Source: the human T2T-CHM13v2.0 reference genome, Homo sapiens. From it: a DNA stretch of 64,000 nt. Under the pieces are notes generated by a model that saw only the letters and a program-made list of their open reading frames with translations, was not told the DNA's origin and made no database searches. A program made the translations under genes and the position numbers. Location of the stretch: NCBI RefSeq assembly GCF_009914755.1, contig NC_060939.1, one strand, 5' to 3'. Numbering within the stretch: the stretch's first letter is position 1; every line of letters starts with the position of its first letter. Shown here one piece after another: positions 30,353-48,783 of the stretch.

Positions 30353-32334
30353 ATATATTTCATGTGACAAGATTTATGGAGTAAAGAAAATAATTCAGTG
30401 GAAGAGAATTGTGGAAAAGATATTTCAAGTCCCATGCCTAAAAAACAAGTATTTGCTGTTAATTTTCACCATTCAGGGTAAGCACTTCTTTGCCATTCAT
30501 TTGTTTTCTTCTTTATGAAGGGAGTTAAGTTAGTGCCATAGCCTTGGCCTCTTTCCACATCTTTCCTTATTCCACTTCGGTGGGCTAGAGTGCATTATCT
30601 GAACAGCCATGCTTTCTTTATCAGCTCTTCCTTTACCTCTTGGGAACAAGACAGCACATGCAAATCAAGTTTCCCAGTTCCATGTAAGTCTGTCTTACAT
30701 AGAGGGCCTGCTCTGGCTTAGAATTGCACATGACTCAGTGGGTACATCTTTCTGCTGATGTTAACTTCATAGGTTAGCATTATTGATAATGAAGTGATCA
30801 TTGGCCTCCATCTATCTTATGCTTTGTCTTATTTCTTAGTGGTTTCAAATATAAAGTAGGGACAAGAGGTCCTATTTAATGGTCTCTTTCATCCCCATGG
30901 CCATATACATAGCTACAGAGATTGGATGTGCCTCTGGAAAGCTTCTTCTGCAAAGAATAGCTCAAAAATCAACCCAGGTAGCAGAGTAACATAGCTATCA
31001 TTGCTTTCCCCATACCATAAAATAGCAAAAGTGTTCAAGAGATTCCATAGTTTCTGAAAAACACTTGATTGGACAATTTTACTACCGCTCTACCTCCCCT
31101 TGTTATTAAGCATAAATTACAGATTTACAGTGCAGATAGTTACTACTATGCCTCTAATTAATGGCAGTTAAATCAGTAATTCCCATAAAGTTTAATAAAG
31201 TCAATTTATTGATTCATAGGTAATACCACTTCTACTTATTTTAATTTTTACCCAATATTTCAAATCTGAGTAGAGGTTGTCATAAACAGAGTAATAAGCA
31301 ATAAATATGGTTGGCTAGATGGACAAGCAGTAAATATGGTTGGCTAGATGGACTGGTGACAGGATGGAAATGAGAAATACATGAATGGTTTAAGATTTCC
31401 TGAAGAAAAGCAGTTGGACTTGAGTGTCTTCAGCTTCTTACTCATGAAATCATGAGTGCATGTTCTTGCCAAGAACCCATCTCACTCAAGTCGAATTCTG
31501 CTGTTTAGGTACTTACAGAATTCATACATATTTCTGCATGAGCCTTTCCAAACTTCCAATTTCACCTCCAGCTTTCCCATTCTGATTTCAGGCATTTACA
31601 TTACTGGAGCAACTGGAGGCTACACAGATTTCTAAGACAAATGATCTTTCTAGGAAAATGTAACCAAGATTAAATCAAGACTGCTCATTATAAGCCCAAC
31701 ACATTAAGCACATCAATGCCCCCATAAGTGCCTCTGCATCAATCAGGATTTATCACAGAAGCGGAATCACTGTGAGTGATATGGAGTAAGGAGGTATTAC
31801 GAGGATTATACTTTAATCTATACAGAAGCTGGTGGAAGAGGCCATGTATCTGGAACTGATTCTAAGTAGGTATAGATCAGCCAAACCAGCAGTTGGGAAG
31901 AAAAGATGAGTGTGGACAGCAGCAAAGACAAACTATAATTCACAAAGATGAACTAAAACCTGCAAAGAAAATAGAAACCTCTGAGGAAAACCGGAACACA
32001 CATCTTTCAGCACTTGTAACCTGGATTCTGTGGATGACATGCAGGATAAGCTGGTATCCTTTGCCTTGGGATTGCAGGCACATTGGTTGAGGACTTAGAA
32101 AAACTGAAAGAGGAGTCAGTGAGAACTGGAGTCACTGGAGCTCCAGGTGCTGCTCCATGCCTGCAAGGTGAGTCATCAGGTCAGCAACAGCATGCATGAG
32201 CTGCCCCAGTGCCAAATGCCATCCATCAACCTTCTGAGAATAAAAAATACACTGCCTCGCATTTACCTCCAAATCTCTCGGGTGGCAAATATTAATGGGA
32301 CTGTTAAGGGAAGAGGATTACGGAAAACAGATTC

Positions 32335-32825
32335 TGTCTATTAATATTGCTACATAACAAATGCCCACAAAATCTAGCTGCATAACTATATCTCACAGTT
32401 TTTATGGGCCAAGGATCCAGGAAGTGCTTGGCTCTATGTCTGTGGTTTGAGATCTCTCCTGCACTTACTGTAAAACAGGGTCTGGCTTTGGAAGAGCAGG
32501 AAGGTGGAGCAGGTGGGGACTGCAGTTGCAGGACCTCTCTGTGTGGCCTCTCCATGTAGGCTAGTTTTGGTTTCTCCAGGGCAGCCGGGCTGCTAACATG
32601 GCTGCAGGCTTCAAGAGCAAGTATTCAGTGAGGACAGCAGAAATAGCATGACCTTTTACAATCTAGCCTCAGAAGTCATATGGCATCACTTCCAGGATGT
32701 TGCATTGTTTCAAACAGTCATAAAAGTGCACCCAGGTTCAATGGAGGAGGAATTAGAGTCTACCTCTTGATGGAGGAATCGTAAGGGTCTGGAAGAGCAC
32801 ATGGAATGAAAGATCCTGTTGGCAT
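32335..32825 (-). mobile_element. MLT1 (G/H-like) LTR
   Basis: TATTGCTACATAACAAA...TCTAGCCTCAGAAGTCATATGGCATCACTTCC...CTACCTCTTGATGGAGGA. Confidence 0.65.
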
Positions 32826-34088
32826 ACTTCTTTCTTTCAGTATGTCTAGCCAGAAGATCTATGCAGAAATCAGCATCTGAATTTTTTCACTTTATTTATT
32901 TTCTGGTAACTCCTAAGTCAAACAATAACAATAAATACCAGATAAATGTAAATTCTGTTTGTAGTTCTTGACATAATTGGGATGTATTCCTAAGTATGAT
33001 TATGATAATACCTGCTATATATTCCTAACATTGAGACAACAATATCTAGGGGATGAGACAGAAAGAAAAATGAAGCCCACATTAAAATTACTACATAAAA
33101 TTTTAAAGTAGTTATTGTTTTAACCTCTCTGGGCTTCAGTTTTGTCAACCGTGAAATGAAGACACCCTACATAAATGACTTACTTCATCTTCCATCAGTT
33201 TCTTGAATCTACAATAAAGAAGACCATATTTAAACACCCTCTACAAGATGAAGACCTTTTTTTAACAAAGTGAACAAGAAAACCAGTATTTAGGAATGAT
33301 GTATTTGATTGCTTTTTCCTAGATTTGAAATTTACATGTGAGATGTTAAGAGCAATATTAAGAAATATAACTCTGAATCTCCTTCCAATGCTTCTGATTT
33401 TCAGACATGTACAGTGCCTTTTATCTGCAGAAAAGTACAACATGATTCAAAGATAAACCAATTTTGAGAAACAGAGATGGATTAATAAAATATTTACTGT
33501 TCAAGAAAGAAAAGAAAGCTTCTATAATTCTCCTACATTTCTCTTCATTATAACCCTACAGAATGTTTGCTCATGTGAGTCACAAATGAATCTGGGGAAG
33601 AATCTAGCAGAGGGTTTTGATTAAATGGTATGCTGAATAAACAATGCTGAGACATTTTAATGAGGTCACATAAAAAGGCTGTGTGGAAAAGAAATATTTT
33701 AAAAATCACTTTGAGGCTCTATCCTTAAATCATTTCCTGGAGAACTGGGCTCTATTTCTTCTCATTGTACCATTAACCAAAGACTTTAAATCCTCTCACT
33801 GATTTTGCTACCATGAATGATCCATGGCTCCTTAGCACATAGATTTCCATTTCTGTGTTTCTGAAAATTATTGAGGCTCATTCTATGAGCCTGATTTCAA
33901 TAATGAAATCAGGTAAATAAATGCCCTGTTTAAAGCTAATGGCATTTAGTTACTTCTTCACATAAGTCAAAAGCAAAGTTAAATAATAGGCCTATAGCTC
34001 TTTACGAAACAATGCCAAAATACTGTTGCTCGCCTATAATGCTTGCTGATGGCCAGAGAGCCAGAGGTTATACAAAAGTCAATCTGAA

Positions 34089-34467
<379 letters not shown>

Positions 34468-36321
34468 TTAAATATATGGACCAAACTCATATAACCAATT
34501 GGCAACTGAATCTGACCTTAATATGATTGGCTTGGAAATGGGATAGGGCTGACAAGAAGATGGATGTTAGTCCCTATGAGGCATGGAAAGAAGGGGAAAA
34601 GGAATCAAACATGACCAGAACTGGTCTGTATGGTCAAAAAGTAGTCAAATGTTGGCATTGTGGATTTAAGAGGTAGGACAGTTAGAGGTGATATAAAGGT
34701 TCAGGTCGACCCATGCAAATTGGTGACATAAGTGGAATAAAGTCAAGGAACTGAGAAAGGCAAGGGTGTGAATTGAGTCATTGACACACATACTAAAATC
34801 CTGGATGACATCCCACAGTGGAGAGAAATGTTGTGGGTGAGTTTTACAGGTATTTAGTGATTTGGGGACCAAAATAGAGAGTTATTAGACGACTGGGCCA
34901 ATGTGAGGACCAGCATAGAATAGCCAGAAACAACGGGCCTCAGAAGCCCAACGCTTTTCCAGGGGTTGGAGACATAATGGTTTGTAACAGGCATGTTAAG
35001 GCTAGAAGTCAACCACTTTCTTCCCCAGAGATCTCCTGGTTTGGGAAAAATTAGCTGCTATGCTTATGTGGGCCACAGAGAAACAGGATTCAGTGGAGAC
35101 AACAGGGTAGAGTGAATGTGTTTGGAAGAGAAGAGGATGCAAAGGAGTCTGTTTACCATAGAAGATAAATATTCAAAAGGCAAAAGAGAAAGGTTTGAGA
35201 GGGAGGGTTGCAGTAGAAACTTGGGTCTCAGGAACAGAAACAGGAAGCTGTGTGGGATGTCACTACCTTTCAGGCAGAAACACAAAAAGATGAAAATACA
35301 TGGGCACCATCCACAAAAAGAATACAGTCTATATGAGAAAATTGTCCTAGCAAACAGAATTATCATTAAACATGGATTACATCCATTATATACACACATA
35401 TGTGCCCACATAGCAGTAACATACATATATACCTTTTAAATCTGTCTGCTACTCACCCAGAGATAAATCTTGTCTTCTCATCTAGATTGTAAGCTACTAA
35501 AAAAAAGGCTTATGTTGTGTATCAGTGTTATTAGCATAAATCGAAGTCGAATTTAGGTAGGTCAAACCAAATTAAGATCATCTGAGAATGTTCAACCCCT
35601 TCTTTTTCTGTTTTCATTTGTTACCATTAAAAATTAATATCTTTTCTTATCTGAGACGTTTACAAATCTGTCAGTGTAACCCAGTATGTTGATGAATAAA
35701 GCTGAGGACGGCCTGGACATCATTTAGAAATGATCCATGTATCTTCTTATTTAACTCACTGAATCCTCATTCCTGATTTCAGACTGGGGTCCGCTCTTGC
35801 AGCTACTATTTCTACACTACAGCTCCTGTCAGCCTGTGAGAGTCCAAAGGTTGTTGCTTGCCAACTCCATCTCCAATTCACCATGCTAAAGCTCTACAAC
35901 CTGAAAATGCCACAGAGTGAAACTTTTGGATCAGTTCAGGAAAGGCTTGTCTTGTATTTCCAGTAGAGCTCAGAAACCAGAGAAATAGGACTGTCACTAG
36001 TGATTCTTGGGGAAGCGTCCTTACAAGTAGTAAATCTAGAATTACTTGGACTAAGGTCCAAATGTGTTATTAATTGTGACGGGAATTCCAATATCACAGA
36101 AGTGACTTCATGATTGTCATTGGTTATTAGTTAACATTTTGAAAGGCAATTGTGAACATGTCTTTTAGAAAAGTTGAATGTAGTCAAGCAAGTGGATTTA
36201 TTTACAATGGGTCATTGTTCTACCTTTGTTCCTTAAGACTATTATGTTAGACTAAACAGTGTTTCCCTTGAAATCTGTTGGTCTGTTCCCAGCTTCTGGC
36301 TGAATGATGCTTCTAAGCCTT

Positions 36322-38615
36322 TGTATTAGTCCATTTTCATGCTGCTGATAAAGACATACCTGAGACTGGGAAATTTACAAAAGAAAGAGGTTTATTGGAC
36401 TTATAGTTCCACATGGCTGAGGAGGCCTCATAATTATGGCATAAGGCAAGGAGAAGCAAGTCATATCTTATGTGGATGGCAGCAGGCAAAGAGAGAGCTT
36501 GAGCAGGGAAACTCCCCCTTATAAAACTATCAGATCTTGTGAGACTCATTCATTATCACACAACAGTGCATGAAGGATCCACTTCCATAATTCAATCACT
36601 TCCCATAGAGTTTCTCCCACATGTGGGAATTGTGGGAGTTAAAACTCAAGATGAGATTTGGGTGGGGACACAGCCAAACCATATCATTCTGTCCCGGCCC
36701 CTCCCAAATCTCATGTCCTTACATTTCAAAACCAATCATGCCTTCCCAACAGTCCCCTAGTCTTAACTCATCTCAGCATTAACTCAAAAGTGCACAGTCC
36801 AACATCTCATCTGAGACAAGGCAAGTCCCTTCTGCCTATGAGCCTGTAAAATCAAAAGCAAGTTAATTACTTCCTAGTTACAATGGGGGTACAGGCATTG
36901 GGGAAATACAGCCATTCCAAATGGGAGAAACTGGCCAAAATACAGGGGCTGCAGGCCCCATGCAAGTCTGAAATCCAGCAGGGCAGTCAAATCTTAAAGC
37001 TCCAGTGAGAATGACCTCTTTTGACTCCATGTCTTGCATCCAGGTCACACTGATGCAAGAGGTGGGTTCCCATGGTCTTGAGCAGCTCTGACTCTGTGGC
37101 TTTGCAGGGTACAGCCTCCCTCCCAGCTGCTTTGATGGGATGGTGTTGTCTGCAGCTTTTCCAGTCACATGATGCAAGCTGTTGGTGGATCTATCATTCT
37201 GGGGTCTGGAGGACAGTGGTCTTCTTCTCACAGCTCCACTAGGCAGTGCCCCAGGAGGGACTCTGTGTGGGAGCTCCAAACCCACATTTCCCTTCCACAC
37301 TGCCCTAGCAGAGATTCTCCATGAGGGCCCTGCCTTTGCAGCAAACTTCTGCTTGGACATTGAGGCATTTCCACACATCCACTGAAATATAGGCAGAGGT
37401 TCCCAAACCTCAATTCTTTGTCTTCTGTGCACCTGCAGGCTCAACACCATGTGGAAGCTGCCAAGGCTTGGGGCTTGCATCCTCTGAAGCCACGGCCTGA
37501 GCTGTACCTTGGCCCCTTTTAGTCATGGCTGGAACAGCTGGGACACAGGGCACCAAGTCCCTAGACTGCACACAGCATGGGGAACCTGGGCCCGGCCATG
37601 AAATCACGGTTTTCCTCCTAGGTCTCTGGGCCTGTGATGGGAGGGACTGCCATGAAAACCTTTGACATGCCCTGGAGACACTTTCCCCATGTCTTGGGGA
37701 TTAACATTTGGCTCCTCAGATTCTCATTACTTGTGGTAATTTCTGCAGCTGGCTTGAATTTTCTTTTCTATTGCATTGTCAATCTGCAAATTTTCCAAAC
37801 TTTTGTGCTGTTTCCCTTTTAACACTGAATGCCTTTAACAGCACCGAAGTAACCTCTTGAATGTTTTGCTGCTTAGAAATTTCTTCCACCAGATATCTAA
37901 ATCATCTCTCTCAAGTTAAAAGTTTCACAAATCTCTGGGGCAGGGGAAAATGCCACCAGTCTCTTTGCTAAAATAAAAAAAGAGTCACCATTGCTTCAGT
38001 TCCCAAAAAGTTTCTCATCTCCATCTGAAACCACCTCAGCCTGGACTTTGTTGTTCATATCACTATCAGCATTTTTGACAAAGCCATTCAATAAGTTTCT
38101 AGGAAGTTCCAAACTTTCCCACACTTTCCTGTCTTCTTCTGAGCCCTCCAAATTCTTCCAACCTCTGCCTGTTACCCAGTTCCAAAGTCAGTCACTTCCA
38201 CATTTTTGGGTATATTTTCAGCAATGCCCCACTCTACTGGTACCAATTTACAGTATTAGTCCGTTTTCACACTGCTGATAAAGACATACCCAAGACTGGG
38301 CAATTTACAAAAGGAGGTTTATTGGCCTTATAGTTTCACATGGCTGGAGGCCTCACAATCATGGCAGAAGGCAAGGAGGAGCAAGTCACATCTTACATGG
38401 ATGGCAGCAGGCAAAGAGAGAGCTTCTGCAGGGAAACTCTCATTTCAAAAACCATCAGATCTTGTGAGACTCAATCACTGCCATGAGAACAGCATAGGAA
38501 AGACCCACCCCAATAATTCAGTCACCTCTCACTGGCTTCCTCCCATGACATTTGGGAATTGTGGGAGTTACAATTCAAGATGAGATTTGGGTGGGGACAC
38601 AGCCAAACCATATCA
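36322..38615 (-). mobile_element. Complete THE1 (THE1A-like) MaLR element: LTR-internal-LTR
   Basis: LTRs at 36322-36686 and 38252-38615 around a ~1.57 kb internal region. 5-bp TSD GCCTT at 36317-36321 and 38616-38620. Confidence 0.93.
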
Positions 38616-40196
38616 GCCTTCAAAGAGAAGAGAGTGACTTGAGGAAAAGCCTTTATTTGTCCCACCCAAATCTCTAAATTTGTAAGTTGAATCTGTTCCT
38701 ATCATTCTATCTTTAGTGCATGTCTCTAGCAAGGGTAGTCTAAGGTTTATGTATATCCCTGGACCCCTAGAGAGTATATTCTTTTCTATCCACCAGACAG
38801 CCATATCTAAAAATTAGTTGTTTTGTTTTTTGTTTTGCGTCAAAGCACATGAAACAGGACAATGGGGTCTTTTGCTCCTATGACTACTGTCTCATATGGA
38901 ATTCTCACTTCCTGGTCATGTTTAGCTGATTGGTGCCATATGGCACCAATGTATTGGGAAGAGTCTGAGCAAGCTTTTCCAAAAACAAAATATTATTCAG
39001 ATTTCCTTAATTTATGAAAATGAGACCATTCATTTTCCTACCTAATCCCCTCTGGAGGTTCTCCAAAGTTTGAAATGAAATAAATTCTTCTTTCAAATAT
39101 ATGTAATCCACATTAATTGCTTTTGACAGTGAAGGGCAGAATGGTTGGATACCACAGTAGTTAATACTTTAATCATATCACCTCTGCAACACACTTAGCT
39201 GTGTGCAGCTCTCCGAAGAACACCTGTGCCAATGTGTCCTCCTCATGGAATAAAAATGCAGGCATCTCATAGTTCTCAACTGCATTTTAATATAAATGAA
39301 CTTATGGCAGGTAAAGGAGAAAAGAGGATCGAAAGTGAGAAAGGCGGTTGGGGAAAAATCTGTTTAAAGTCTCTGGGATAGAAACACTGATATTGCCATT
39401 TAGTAGTTTCCTATAGAATAAAGGTCAAGTTCTCTAGGATGACAATGAAAGCTTTAATAAACTAGCCCTCCTTTCCTCTATACCTGATCATACTTCCTAC
39501 AGCCTGATCTTACTCTCCCCATTCTCCAAAGCCTGGTGTCTCCCTCCTACTCCTACCTTTGTTTTTAAGAGTCTTTTCTATTCGTGGGTTAAAGACTTAA
39601 CTCAAATGCTACCAACTTCATGGATTTTTTTTTCTTCCTTCCCAAGTTTGAAATCCTATTTCTCTTCTCTGTAATGCTATAATTCATTCAGCCAATTCCA
39701 CAGCATTTATGTAGTCAGACCCTGTACTTTAGTAAGTGGTATCCATATCTTATTTTCCTGAGGCTTAAGTCCAGGGAGAAAGAAAAATTATGCTTCACAA
39801 AAGCAAAAACAAACTTAGCACAGACACATGGCTGATACACAATTTTTTAAAAAATTAATGAATGCATTAATGAATAACTGAATGTCTGGTCTGATAGACT
39901 GTAAACTTCTTGAAGGAAGGACTGTATCTTTCAAGTTTAGATGGTATTTTCCATATTGTACCCCTATAAAATAATCTAGCAAGGCAACTTCTTTATGACA
40001 GATCTCAATGAGTATGTGGGAACTGCATTGAACTGGGATGAACATACGTGCGGTTGTAACGGGTCAGCTATGATAGGAAGTTGCAATCAATGGTGGACCT
40101 TAGACTGTGTAGGTCTGAGTTCAAAAACAATTCAAAGTTCTCTGGCTCTCCAGAAGAAAAAAATGTATATATTTGACTGTGGTGGTCCTGAGATAA

Positions 40197-40521
<325 letters not shown>

Positions 40522-41107
40522 AAGACATCTAAATTTTAACAGTTATTTTATTTCATGAAGTATGCAATTAATCTCCCAAGAAAGTGAGTGCCAAAGATTA
40601 AAAGAAAGTAAGCAGTTATGAATTGTATTAAAACTATTCACAAATAAAAGTAGTGATTACAATGCAGTTAAAAGAAATGGAAAATTTTAGTTCACGAGCT
40701 AAATTCAGGCTGTTCACCTGAAATTTCTTTAAATATCTACAAATGAATGTGAGGCAACATGATCTTTAGGTAAACACTTAAATAGAGTAGTAAATGAATC
40801 TCCCAAACAAGGTACCAAACTGACTGCCAGTAGAATGTATTCCATACTCAGTATTTATTCCAGAACAGTGTCTTGATAAAAGCCACAATAAAAGCAGCAT
40901 GATTGATCATAAAGCAAAAGAACGTTCTCAATAAATATTCCTGAAAGGACGATCTCATTGCTATGAAATATTAACTACCTTAGAGTTCTATACACCCCCC
41001 TTCACCATCTATACATATTTGTGACAGCTTGGAAATCAAATAAAAACAAAACTTTCAATCATAGTGCCTACCAAAACTCCCTCCCATCTCAATGCTTAAG
41101 AATCTAG

Positions 41108-41449
<342 letters not shown>

Positions 41450-42999
41450 TTATTCTAGAAGTCACTGTATAATTGTCATTAAGATTTTTTAGTCATTAGG
41501 GTCAAAGTATACCCCTAAACGACTCTAAAGTTTTCCCTTGTGTCCATGAGAACGTGAACTATCAGAATCTCAGGATATGTGGCTGTTTCTTTGACACGTT
41601 GACTTAACCAATCCCTCTACCCTGACTTCTGTGTGAATTCAGCATCAACAGACATTGATCTGAATATGTGGGTTCAATTACAAGATTGCCTTTCTCATCT
41701 ATACTCATGAATCCCTTGAAAGACAGCTCATGAGTCCTTCCAGGTCTCTTTGCAGAATACCAGTGCCACATACATACATCTACTTTTGGAAGAGTTCTGG
41801 GAAGATTAATGAGATAACAATTTTAAAACAGAGATGTTTGAGAGTAAAGTATCAAGAACGAGAATACTATTACATTGTAGTTCCTTTGCATATTTTAATT
41901 GCACACATAGAATGTCCAGAACACAAACCAAAAAACAAAGTGTCATTTCTAATGAGTAAATTAGGAAAAAATTTAGCTCTGTTGCTATGGCAAGTCCCAT
42001 CAACACAATATGACAGACATTTTGGCTTTGTCCACCTCCTCAATGGTTGAGGACTGAGTCAGGGTTTATATTTCTTTAGCCATTAAGATGACCAATGCTT
42101 CAAAGACTATTTAATGAATGTGTTGCTTCATGCTGGCCTAGAATTAAATTCTAAACCTGCAAGCAGATATCTTCCAAAATATTTCTGTACCCTCTGCAAA
42201 TTATTATTCCTGCAGTGCAGGAACTTCTTAAATTATTGTTTCCAAAACTGAAGTCATTCTCGTATCACTTTCCAATTTTCATCATGTCTACTTGTAATGT
42301 AAATTATTTAAAATATTACTGTATATCCTAGGCAACACTACCCATGAAATAAGGCTCAATATGCTAGTTATAATGTCATACATAATAAAGTAAATACATT
42401 ACTATAAAAATTAAAAAGTGCTACCTGAAACTATCTTACACAACACCAGGGTTATATATGCCAAATTGTGAGGAATATTGTTTGAATATATTACTGAAAA
42501 CAAAACCACTTACACAGAAGTCAGGATTAGTGCCAGCATTATGTTCACATTAATCCTGTATTGTCTAAGAAACATTTATTCAGCACATGGCACTCAAAAA
42601 TATAGGCACAATAAATGAACGATAAAGGCATAATCATTAACTCTTAATCTTTGTTAGCTATTTTTGTGCATATTCCAAAAGATACAGGTTGATCATTGTC
42701 AAATATTTGTTAATCTCTCTTCCAAAACGTGCTCTTGTATGGAACATTAGCAACTACTGGCTCAGGTATCTACTGCAGCAGATACCAATTTGGGTAGGGG
42801 AAATGTTAAAAGAAATGCAATCAATTTTATTTTTTTTCTTCATAAGAATAAAAAATAACCAAATTAAAAAGCATACATCTGGGAGGTCAGAGATTCAGCT
42901 TCTAGGTATAGCTATGTCTTTCTGTTCCAGTGTTTGTGTGCATCATTCATTTATCTAACTTTTCGATTTCTCAATCTGCAAAATAATATTATTAAACTA

Positions 43000-45325
<2,326 letters not shown>

Positions 45326-48133
45326 TAACCTCTATGTTTTTCACTTCTTTTGTTGGTCCATAATTATACTATCCTAAAAATCTAAGGCAAAAGAACATTA
45401 CAGGCTTGCCAACAAAAAGACCATTCTCAAAGGTGTTTTCCAAGTCCTACATAAACTGAATTCCATTTTTTATATATGTAACATTAATATTACATTAATA
45501 TTAATATAATAGTAGTGTATATGCATATTATCATAATCACACAATGTTCTATCCAGGAGCAATCTGGAGGCTTGGCTTCGAGAAAAAACAGCCAACTTCA
45601 TTCAAAACCTGGGCAGACATGTTGGGAACTTACATAAAAGGGCAATAGGTACGGTGTCTGAATGTTCTCTGAGAAGGTAAACTATACTCAGGCTCCATCC
45701 CAATCCCTCCCAGAGGAATTCTACCCAAAAGCAAGTAAGTGAAATAATATTAGGAAAAACCAACTATAGGGAGACTCACATTCACTCTGTAATATTTTCT
45801 ATGTGTTATCTTTTAATTTTGGTTATATCTCCCTACCTACAGGTTTTCAAATATTTTAAGCCAATTCTTTTAAAAATTTCTGTTGCTTGAAAACCTAGAG
45901 AATTTATTCCAGAGAACTAAATATTAATTTCTATATTCTCCTATATTTTCTAGCCAATGTCACTATAATCATTTGTTCTCAACCCAATAATGTATCTTTT
46001 TATTTTTCAATGAAGATGAGCTGGAAGTTCTTCTAAGGATCTTTGAATCTCTACAGTACTTTCCACGAAAAGACTAAGTGTCCATCTGGTATCTCTCAAA
46101 CCTATGAAAGTAGAAGGATGGATTCCGACTATAGGGATAGCAAGGGCTAGTGGGCAGTCCTTCAAAAAAGTTATTTTTCCATTATACATGGTAATTAGAT
46201 GCAATGCAAATAATACATCAAAGGAGATACTAGAAAAAATCTGGCAAAAAATCACTCAACTGAAAACCAACTCATGAGATAACATATTTGTGTAACTCTT
46301 CTATACAAAGATTTTTGCCTTTCTTTTGCACTTTTTGGGGGTAGACAAATTTAATCATAAGTATAATCATTCTGTATACAAGTTTGTATTGTGTTTCCTA
46401 TAAGAGTGTAATGGTTTACGTTATTATAAGTTATTGCATTTTTAACAGCCACATAATATTTCATTGGATCAATGAATCAAAATTAACCTAACATTCCCCA
46501 TTTTTGGACTTTTAACTTGTTTTCAAATATTCATACAATAAGTTGTATTGCAATTAACATATATTCTCTTAAATCTATGAGTTTGATTTCTTGTTTTTGT
46601 CTTTATTTTTCTTTCTCCCTCCTTCTCCTCCTCCTCCTTTCACTATGATCACTTTCACAAGTGGGACTATTAGGTCAGTGGGTCTGATCTTTTTTACATT
46701 TCTTGATAAACATTGACAAACTTTTTTCTAGGTAACACTTGTATAAATTAATCCTCTCACAAGCACTATATATGTCCATTTCCCTCCTTCAGAGGGTCTT
46801 ACCATTTTTTTAATTTTATGTTTTGTTAATGTCATATAAGAAAATTGAATCTCATATTTAATTTGTATTTTTATTTTTTGATATAATACATATTAACCTG
46901 TCAAATTTTCTTCTTTTATGAATTGAGAGTATCATTTGCTTGTTTAATTATAGAAGGTCTCACAGCAATTTGTATAATCTTTATAAATCTAAAATATTCA
47001 CCCTTTTTGCAATATAGTCTGTGAATATTTTCCCCAGTTTGCTTTTTGGCTTTTAATTTAGATTTATTTGCTTATATTTTATAGTCAAATCTGTGTGAGT
47101 TCTTTCATTGCTTGAAAGCTAAAAATTCTCCTCTAGAGAGCACATAAATATTAATTTCTACTTTCTTTTATTTTTCTACTCTTTTTAACACTTGATTATT
47201 TATTCTTAAATTTCTCACTCCCCTACAAGGACAGAATTTTGGCTGAAATATCTAAAATTTCCATAGAGGATAAAATTAGCTACTAGATAGAGGATTTAAA
47301 CGTCAATGCTGCAGTTCTCAGGTACTCTGGAAACCCCTGAATTGTTAAGCCCAGCCATTTTCAACATCAGTTTACAAATGCTTTAGAGTATTGCTACTAC
47401 AAGTTACTATTCATTATTCAAAGCTTGCACACCATGCAATGTGGGAAGAAGAAATGGAAGGGGGAGATAAGAACATTACCTCATGTCATCAACCCCAGGT
47501 TTTACATGAAATGCTTTCTGCACTGGAATAGCAAAAACGTCATCACAATCCTTGCCCTGCACAAATGTAAATGACAATCATGAAACACCTCGTAATAGGT
47601 CTGTTTTAAGTATCTAACAAAAGAAGTTTACACTGTGTCATGCTATATAGTATGGCCAAATCTATTTTAGTTTAAACTTCTTTAAAATGTTGCTTTTCTC
47701 TAATTGGACCAGCCATAATTACTGCAATAATCCATCTTTTGAATGGTCAGTTTGAATAACACCAGAATCAACGCCACTGCTCATTAGGTAATACAGGAGA
47801 TTTGTTTAAAATTTATTTAACACACTTTCACTGAGCAATCTCTTTATCCCAGATCCTTTTCTAGGGATTAAGGCTCCCAAATATAGGCAGCACATTGGCC
47901 CTACCAGCAAGGACAGTGAATCTTGAACATGATGAATGGCTTTTTCAAAATACATACTCCTGAGCACTACCTCAGATCCTCTGTATGAGGAGGGAACCTA
48001 CTGTCATTTGTGTTTCCAACTTCACATGATAATTTTAATGATTGACCAGAATTGAGAACCACTCTTAGAACTCAAGGAGCAGTGAGTCTCTATTCCTCCC
48101 AATTTCAAAAGCTTCCATTTCTTGGGTTACTAA

Positions 48134-48521
<388 letters not shown>

Positions 48522-48627
48522 AAGAAACTGATCTTAAAAAAGGTTTAGGAATTTGCCCAAGGTAACATACTTATAGTTCACCGACCTGTGATTCTAACTC
48601 AGAGCTCTCTGATATTAGTCTAAATGA

Positions 48628-48783
48628 TGAGGAATAAAAGACTACAAATTGGGTTCAGTGTACACTGCTCCGGTGATGGGTGCACCAAAGTCTCACAAAC
48701 CACCACGAAAGAAATTACTCATGTAACCAAATACTGCCTGTTTCCCAAAAACCTATGGAAATAAAAAATTAAAAGAAAAAGAA
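48628..48783 (+). mobile_element. Short L1PB 3'-end fragment
   Basis: AAAAGACTACAAATTGGGTTCAGTGTACACTGCTC...ACTCATGTAACCAAA; imperfect TSD AGTC[T/C]AAATGA. Confidence 0.8.

Noticed and set aside
33890-33913. Hairpin CCTGATTTCA-ATAA-TGAAATCAGG
   Set aside because: 10-bp arms with a free loop are expected by chance in 64 kb of AT-rich DNA; too short for a pre-miRNA.
36878-37480. 200-aa minus-strand ORF
   Set aside because: Lies in the decayed THE1 internal region; no recognisable domain.
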